The notes beneath the pieces were generated by a model, which did no database searches, had not been told where the DNA came from, and was given only the letters and a program-made list of their open reading frames with translations. Positions 58,226 to 64,000 of a stretch of 64,000 bases of DNA are shown here, in pieces. The stretch lies in the sequence record NC_019526.1; one strand, written 5' to 3'. Positions within the stretch are counted from its first letter, which is position 1, and every line of letters starts with the position of its first letter. The translations under genes were made by a program, and so were the position numbers.

Positions 58226-59251
58226 ATGTTCATAATGTATAGAATAATAAAAACTGATTATAATTATGATTTTTATTATATGTTACCACAAGATATAATC
58301 AATTATAATTCTAGATATCAAGAACCACAAAAATTGATAGATAATATTAATAATATAAAAATACAAAATTTAACTGTTATTGGTTTTTTTATAAAACATG
58401 AAAATGAATATAAAGCAACCAAAACAAAAATTTTAGTTGCATATCATAATATATATTACATCATATTATATAATAATTTAATTAGTACTGGTAAGTTTAC
58501 TGGAAGAGTAGAATGTAATAATGAAAATATATATTATTACTTATATTCAAAAAGACCACTAAGTACTAACCATTTAGAAATTATTGATATACCAAATAAA
58601 AAGAAAATACGAGCTAAAGATTATATTAAAGTTAGATGTACTAAAGATGGACATGAATATTATATAACATTAAATAAATTCTTTCAAAATAAAAAATGTC
58701 CAAAATGCACTAATCAAATAGCTTATGATATGTATAATTTAACAAAATTTGTTTATCAAAAAAGACCACCCGAATATACTGGTATATACATAACATATAT
58801 ACCATTTAATATTAATGGCAAAGATGATTATTTATATTTGAAATGTTCTTATTGTGAAACTGAATGGAATACAACAAATATTCATTCTTATGTGAACGGA
58901 GGAACTGGTTGTCCTCATTGTAAAATATCCAAAGGTGAACGAAAAATAAAGGAACTATTATTACATAATAATATAAAATTTGAATTTCAAAAAAAATTTA
59001 AAAATTGTAGAAACAAAAAACAATTACCATTTGATTTTTTTATTAATGATGTAAATGTTCTAATAGAATATGATGGTATACAACATTTTCAACCTGTTGA
59101 AATATTCGGTGGAAATAAAAATTATGAACAAACATTGAAAAATGATCAAATTAAAAATCAGTACTGTAAAGATAACAACATCAGACTGATAAGAATTCGT
59201 TATGATGAAGACCCAAAAGAAATATTGACGCGAGAGGGTATCATCAAGTAA
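58226..59251 (+). mobile_element. free-standing homing-type endonuclease: zinc ribbons + PD-(D/E)xK (DUF559/Vsr-like) domain
   Basis: CPKC, CSYC, GCPHC.ISKGE, LPFDF, IEYDG.QH, D..KN.YC..NNI.LIRI. Confidence 0.8.
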
Positions 59252-59282
59252 AAAGAATTATTACACAGAGTAATAATAAATC

Positions 59283-59328
59283 AGAGAACGTAGTAGTTCT
59301 CTAACTTAAACTAAGGGAGTCTTAGAAA
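59283..59328 (+). promoter_or_regulatory. two-hairpin leader with the SD in a loop
   Basis: AGAGAAC-gtagta-GTTCTCT; CTAAG-ggagt-CTTAG, then 3 nt, then ATG. Confidence 0.6.
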
Positions 59329-60801
59329 ATGAAAAACGTAAATCCAAATGTAAACTTTATTTTAAACTGCGACAGCTATAAGATTCAACATAGAAAAATG
59401 CTCAAAAAGCATGTTGATGGTTATTACAGTACTATTGTACCTCGTAAAAGCTCTCCACATAGCAACCATGTAGTTGTGGCTGGTTTGCAATACACAATTA
59501 ATACCTATATCAATATTCAGATTACCAAAGAAGATGTTGATGAAGCTGAAATTGAAATTCGTGAACAAGGTTCACGTTTTGATAGAACTATTTGGGATAA
59601 AATCGTCAATGAGTTTGGTGGTAAAGTTCCAGTAAAAATTAGTGCTATTAAAGAAGGTACAGTTGTTCCAGTTCAATCAGTAGTTTGTGTTGTTGAAGCT
59701 AAAGATGAGTTTGCATTTTTGGCTAGTTATATTGAAACTTGTATTCAACGTGGTGTATGGTATAGCAGTACTGTAGCATCTGAATGTCGTGCAATGAAAA
59801 AAATTCTTGCTGATGTAATGCAACGTCATGCTGGTCATAAGAATGTAGATTATCATTTCCACAACTTTGGAGATCGTAGTGCAACTTGTTTTGAACATGC
59901 ATATGTAGCTGGTATGGCACATGCAATTATGTTCAATGGTTCGGATAGTTTAACTTCAAATCGTTATATTAAAGCTCACTATAATACTACCAAAGCGTAT
60001 CTGAGTTCAGTTGACGCTACTGAACATAGCGTTATGTGCAGTAATAGTGATGCTGAACATCGCAATGATTATGGTGCAGCAGTAATGGCGGTAGATCATT
60101 GGGAAGAACAAGTTACAATGTGGGAAGAAGATGGATTAGGTGTACCAGTAACTTCATGTGTTATTGATACTTATAATGATTATCGCTTTGTCCGTGACTT
60201 TATCGGTACTAAATTAAAAGACCGTATTGTTGAAATTGGCAAACGAGGTGGTCGCTTTGTTCTTCGTCCTGATTCACGAATTCCTAAAGAAATTTGTATT
60301 GATGTAATCGAAATTCTAATGGAAAAGTTTGGTTATACTATTAACGAACATGGTTACAAAGTACTACCACCATATATTGGAGTAATTCAAGGTGATGGTG
60401 TTAATTTCGATAGTATTCATGAAATTCTAGATATTCTTGATGAAAAGAAATTATCCCTTGAAAACATTGTATTTGGTTGTGGTACCAAATTGGTTAACCC
60501 TGAACGTGGTCGTGATCTTTATAGTTGGTCAATGAAAGGTACTGCACAACACATCGAAGATGAACGTGAATGGCAAGACCTATTCAAAGATCCAGCAGGT
60601 GAACCAGGCAAACGTTCACATAAAGGGCGTGTAGTAACCTGGAAATGTAAAGTATCTGGTAAGATTTTTGTTGATCGTGATGATCTTGATAAAGTTAATC
60701 ATTTCATTGAAAATCTACTTGTACCAATGTATGACTGCGGTAAAATTATGAATTTCAGTACTTTTGATGAAGTTCGTGAGCGTGCTAACGTAGGTATCTA
60801 A
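59329..60801 (+). CDS. nadV: nicotinamide phosphoribosyltransferase
   Basis: DSYK..H, HNFGDRS, ATEHSVM, VIDTY, LRPDS, IQGDG, VFGCG. Confidence 0.95.
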   Translation: MKNVNPNVNFILNCDSYKIQHRKMLKKHVDGYYSTIVPRKSSPHSNHVVVAGLQYTINTYINIQITKEDVDEAEIEIREQGSRFDRTIWDKIVNEFGGKVPVKISAIKEGTVVPVQSVVCVVEAKDEFAFLASYIETCIQRGVWYSSTVASECRAMKKILADVMQRHAGHKNVDYHFHNFGDRSATCFEHAYVAGMAHAIMFNGSDSLTSNRYIKAHYNTTKAYLSSVDATEHSVMCSNSDAEHRNDYGAAVMAVDHWEEQVTMWEEDGLGVPVTSCVIDTYNDYRFVRDFIGTKLKDRIVEIGKRGGRFVLRPDSRIPKEICIDVIEILMEKFGYTINEHGYKVLPPYIGVIQGDGVNFDSIHEILDILDEKKLSLENIVFGCGTKLVNPERGRDLYSWSMKGTAQHIEDEREWQDLFKDPAGEPGKRSHKGRVVTWKCKVSGKIFVDRDDLDKVNHFIENLLVPMYDCGKIMNFSTFDEVRERANVGI

Positions 60802-60807
60802 TATATT

Positions 60808-61377
60808 TTGGAGAGTCATTATGGCTCTCCAATCTTTTTAATTAAAGTAATAAAGGTATATAATGTGTTTATTGGTTTTAAAATAGTTATTATCTTCTTT
60901 ATATGGTTTATTACATATCAAATAATTGAAGAAATCAGTACTAAATTCTCTTCAGATAATTTCTTAGTAGACGTTTGTTTATTATCGATTGCAGTACTTG
61001 GTTTTTTGATCATACCAGTTATATTTTCATATTTTATATGAAAAATGTTGACATTTTTTTCTTCATAAGATATAGTATAGATATCAACAATTAACAACGG
61101 ATATCAAAAAATGTTCCAACATCTTTTGGATTTTTTCTGTACTGTAAACATTGAAAAACAAGCTAAGTTCATTATTGCAGAACTGGTCTTGTTTTACTTA
61201 GGTGGCTTGGTAATTACAATGTGTGCATTTTTACATAGTGATATTAATCTTGGTATTTCCTATGCCAAAAGTGAGAATAAACCATCATTACTACTCAAGT
61301 TTATTAGATGTTTATTGTACTTAGTGTATATCTTATATATTGTTGGATTTTTTGGTGTATATTATGTAATTCATTAG
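60808..61377 (+). CDS. two small membrane proteins (60808..61041, 61111..61377)
   Basis: Two hydrophobic segments each. Confidence 0.6.
61048..61076 (+). promoter_or_regulatory. sigma70-type promoter
   Basis: TTGACA-17 bp-TATAGT. Confidence 0.75.
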
Positions 61378-61387
61378 GAATTGATTG

Positions 61388-62125
61388 ATGATTAGTACTA
61401 AATTCATTAAAAAAGCTGGTGATAAAAGATTACTAATCATTTCTGGAAATGGATTGTCAATGGATAGTGGTTTTGACTTATATGACATTCCTGATAATTT
61501 TCAGATAAATGATGTGTGTAATATTGCCAGTTTAGGTACAAAATATCACGTAGTTCATTCTTATTATAATACTCTTAGAGTTAAATTAAAAGATATTGAA
61601 CCAAACGAAATGCATTACTATATTAAATCATTACAAGATGAGTATGGTGATAACTTTTTACACATGACCAGTAATGTAGATGATTTATATACAAGAATTG
61701 GTGGTACCGAATTAAAATTGCATGGTAATATTAAAGAGGTTATAGAAAACTATACCGCTGATGGTTCTGAAATAGAAATAAAAGAATTAGGTTATGAACC
61801 ATATATTCCATGTAGTGGTATTTTTTCTAAACCAGGTGTTACATTAATTGGTGAGTTCCATAGTTATTTTTATGGATATAAAATCCCAATTTATGAAGAA
61901 CGAAATGAAATACTAAAATCATTAAATGAAAATGATACTGTAGTAGTAATTGGAAGTTCTGATTCAGTACTGAAATGGAGCCATTTAATAAATGAGAAAT
62001 GTTACACAGTACTAATCAATATAAGAAAAAATGAAAACGATCATCGTTTCAATGAACGAATTTATAAATCTTGTTCCAAATCTGTATTAGATTTATCTGG
62101 AATAATTTCAAAAAGGATGGTATAG
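61388..62125 (+). CDS. divergent Sir2-family NAD-dependent enzyme
   Basis: ISGNGLSMDSG, TSNVDDL, KLHGN, KPGVTLIGE, VIGSS; Zn-binding CxxC pairs not evident. Confidence 0.85.
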   Translation: MISTKFIKKAGDKRLLIISGNGLSMDSGFDLYDIPDNFQINDVCNIASLGTKYHVVHSYYNTLRVKLKDIEPNEMHYYIKSLQDEYGDNFLHMTSNVDDLYTRIGGTELKLHGNIKEVIENYTADGSEIEIKELGYEPYIPCSGIFSKPGVTLIGEFHSYFYGYKIPIYEERNEILKSLNENDTVVVIGSSDSVLKWSHLINEKCYTVLINIRKNENDHRFNERIYKSCSKSVLDLSGIISKRMV

Positions 62126-62679
62126 TGGAAAAAATTGATTTCGGTACAAGAAGTACCAGAGCCGATTTTGCTTTTTGTTGGATTTTTGCCCGAGATTGTA
62201 CTCCATACTCTGGATATGATGATCAACTTGGAATTGATAAAGTAAATTTAGTACTAGCACAATTACGTTTTGATGGTTGCATTGGGGCGTGTGGTGGTAT
62301 GGTGGAAAGTGATGATAATTCATTAGAAGAAGCTGTACAGCGTGAAGTACTGGAAGAAATTGGTTATACTGTTGATTTAACACATTTAAAACCACTTCTA
62401 AGCTTGCGTTTACCATCAGGCAGCCATTGCCATAGCTATAGTTATGAAGTTGATTACAATGAATTACAAAGCATTAGAGATGGTGCTTATAGAGGAATAC
62501 ATTTCAATCCAGAATGTGCTGGTGTGAATCTTTTACATATTTCAAGATACACAAAAGGTTATGGAAACGAATGTGGATATAATGTATTATTAGAACAACA
62601 CTGGAGTGGTACATCAAAAGAAGAATTTATGTACCTTGTAGAGACAGAAAATCTATTAATTAGTTATTTGAAGGAATGA
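62125..62679 (+). CDS. Nudix hydrolase, NUDT16-like
   Basis: QLRFDGCIGACGGMV...LEEAVQREVLEEIG; GTG start overlaps the upstream TAG, AAGGA SD. Confidence 0.8.
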   Translation: MEKIDFGTRSTRADFAFCWIFARDCTPYSGYDDQLGIDKVNLVLAQLRFDGCIGACGGMVESDDNSLEEAVQREVLEEIGYTVDLTHLKPLLSLRLPSGSHCHSYSYEVDYNELQSIRDGAYRGIHFNPECAGVNLLHISRYTKGYGNECGYNVLLEQHWSGTSKEEFMYLVETENLLISYLKE

Positions 62680-63011
62680 TAATGGGATACCAGTTATTTT
62701 TAGATGATATTCGTTACCCATCAAAATATTATAGTACTGAAATGGTACTATGTAGATCTTATGATGAAGCTGTCAAATATGTAGAAGAACATGGAATTCC
62801 AGAATTTATCAGTTTTGACCATGACCTTGGAGATACTTCTGATAATGAAAAAACTGGTTATTCATTTGCTAAATTTTTGATTGATTATATGATTGATAAT
62901 GGCATCAGTACTGAATTCAAATATAATATTCATAGCTCAAATCCAGTAGGTGCAGATAATATCGATTCTTATCTAAAAGCTGGTTTTAAATATCTAAGAG
63001 AAAATATGTAA
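62676..63011 (+). CDS. receiver-like domain protein (cyclic-phosphate-processing REC family)
   Basis: LFLDDIR.P, RSYDEA, ISFDHDLG, IHSSNPVG. Confidence 0.8.
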   Translation: MIMGYQLFLDDIRYPSKYYSTEMVLCRSYDEAVKYVEEHGIPEFISFDHDLGDTSDNEKTGYSFAKFLIDYMIDNGISTEFKYNIHSSNPVGADNIDSYLKAGFKYLRENM

Positions 63012-63328
63012 TGAAGATTGGTAATCATATTTTTGCATGTTTTATTAGTATATGTATCTGTTCGGTTGTTGCTGGATTGTGGTATAATTCAATGAGGTAC
63101 GAAAAACACAATATTAGATATAATTCAGTTAAAGTTGTTGGTATTGGTCAATGTTCTAATAAAAGTTCGAGTACCGAGTGTTCTTTTTGGTACGAAGATG
63201 GAAATTCTACCCAATTTGCAATTTCAGATAATCCAGTTTCAATTGGTCAAATTGTTTATCAAATGTGCTGGACAGAAAAGGCTCGTGGTGATAGATGTTA
63301 TGTAAATTACCAAACGAGTAAGCAGTAA
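63011..63328 (+). CDS. small membrane-anchored protein
   Basis: N-terminal TM segment; cysteine-containing soluble part. Confidence 0.7.
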   Translation: MKIGNHIFACFISICICSVVAGLWYNSMRYEKHNIRYNSVKVVGIGQCSNKSSSTECSFWYEDGNSTQFAISDNPVSIGQIVYQMCWTEKARGDRCYVNYQTSKQ

Positions 63329-63405
63329 AAAAGTTGTATTTTAGCAGTTCTAAATACATATGAGAACAACATAATATTCTCCCCAACTAAGATAAGGAAT
63401 ATCTT

Positions 63406-64000
63406 ATGAAAAAATATACTATTGACACTAACGTAGTACTTTCTGATCCAAATGCAATCACTGCGTTTGATGGTACATCTGTTATTCTTCCATTTAAAGT
63501 ACTAGAAGAACTAGATTCTATTAAAAGTCGCAATGTTGACGTATCTCGTGATGCACGTTTTGCAATCCGAAATATTGATGCAATTCTAGCTGATGCAACT
63601 TATGAAGAGATTAGAAATACTGGTGTTGATATTTCAAAAGTACATACGAATATGAGTGTTTCCAGTAAATTATTTGTAATTACCGATGAAGAAGCAGAAG
63701 CTTTAATTCGTACACAAGATAAAGAAGAAAAATTAGTAACTCTTCTAAAAAGTACAGTTCCTGATGATAAAATCATTTTAGTAGCACTAGCAACTGATTC
63801 AGTACTAGTTACAAAAGATATCAATATGCGTCTAAAAGCACTATCTTATGGTGTTGAGGTTCAAGATTATCGTCATGATGTAGTACTAGAAGATAGTGAT
63901 CTTATTCATGTCGGTCAACATCATCTTGACATTGATTTTTGGGAAATGTTTAAAGATATTCCTGATGCAGAAATTAAATCCAATCAAATTGGTAGAAAAT
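63406..64000 (+). CDS. phoH: PIN-domain PhoH-like protein (5' part; runs off the window edge)
   Basis: MKKYTIDTNV, VLEELD, DDKII, LVTKDINMRLKA; AAGGA SD; not in the ORF track. Confidence 0.85.
   Translation, partial: MKKYTIDTNVVLSDPNAITAFDGTSVILPFKVLEELDSIKSRNVDVSRDARFAIRNIDAILADATYEEIRNTGVDISKVHTNMSVSSKLFVITDEEAEALIRTQDKEEKLVTLLKSTVPDDKIILVALATDSVLVTKDINMRLKALSYGVEVQDYRHDVVLEDSDLIHVGQHHLDIDFWEMFKDIPDAEIKSNQIGRK

Noticed and set aside
58226-59251. Vsr-like domain as a repair enzyme generating the GTAC enrichment
   Set aside because: Its architecture (zinc ribbons plus nuclease, inserted between conserved genes) is typical of homing endonucleases, and nothing in the sequence links it to GTAC.
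31641-63356. TAAATA late-promoter-like words (31641, 56437 on the minus strand, 63351)
   Set aside because: Too short to be significant in such AT-rich DNA without expression data; used only as weak context.
1210-63824. The many minus-strand ORFs in the track (e.g. 22556..22954, 52744..53103, 45678..45920)
   Set aside because: All overlap well-supported plus-strand genes and show no evident SD or motif; they are antisense shadows. Only 55721..56359 is accepted.
1-64000. tRNA genes, rRNA and CRISPR arrays
   Set aside because: The GTTCGA hits (about 15475, 38765, 41864) lie inside ORFs without cloverleaves; the GTAC words are irregularly spaced and do not form repeat-spacer units.

Overview
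This is a very AT-rich window with genes packed head-to-tail, almost all on the + strand. It looks like the early/accessory region of a large T4-related lytic myophage. The gene set (RnlA, PseT, gp30-type DNA ligase, ClpP, dCMP deaminase, NadM-Nudix, NAMPT, Sir2, PhoH) fits the ~350-kb enterobacterial jumbo phages, but that assignment is inference. The first ~31 kb are mostly three expanded paralog families of unknown function. Family A has at least 32 ORFs with variable N-termini and a shared 'EExxFQYSTLY' motif, 21 of them nearly consecutive at 14-25 kb. Family B has about 11 small 'GTxxQ' proteins, and family C has about 25 ORFs of 85-115 aa. A ~740-bp non-coding island (31606-32344) holds a candidate ~370-nt structured RNA and a cluster of perfect DNA hairpins. 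The right half carries RNA-repair, nucleotide and NAD+-salvage genes, two free-standing homing-type endonucleases, and a membrane-protein gene split by an A10 run. The palindrome (C)AGTACT(G) is strongly over-represented across the whole window. I found no tRNA, rRNA or CRISPR array. All calls come from reading motifs by eye; no database search was run.
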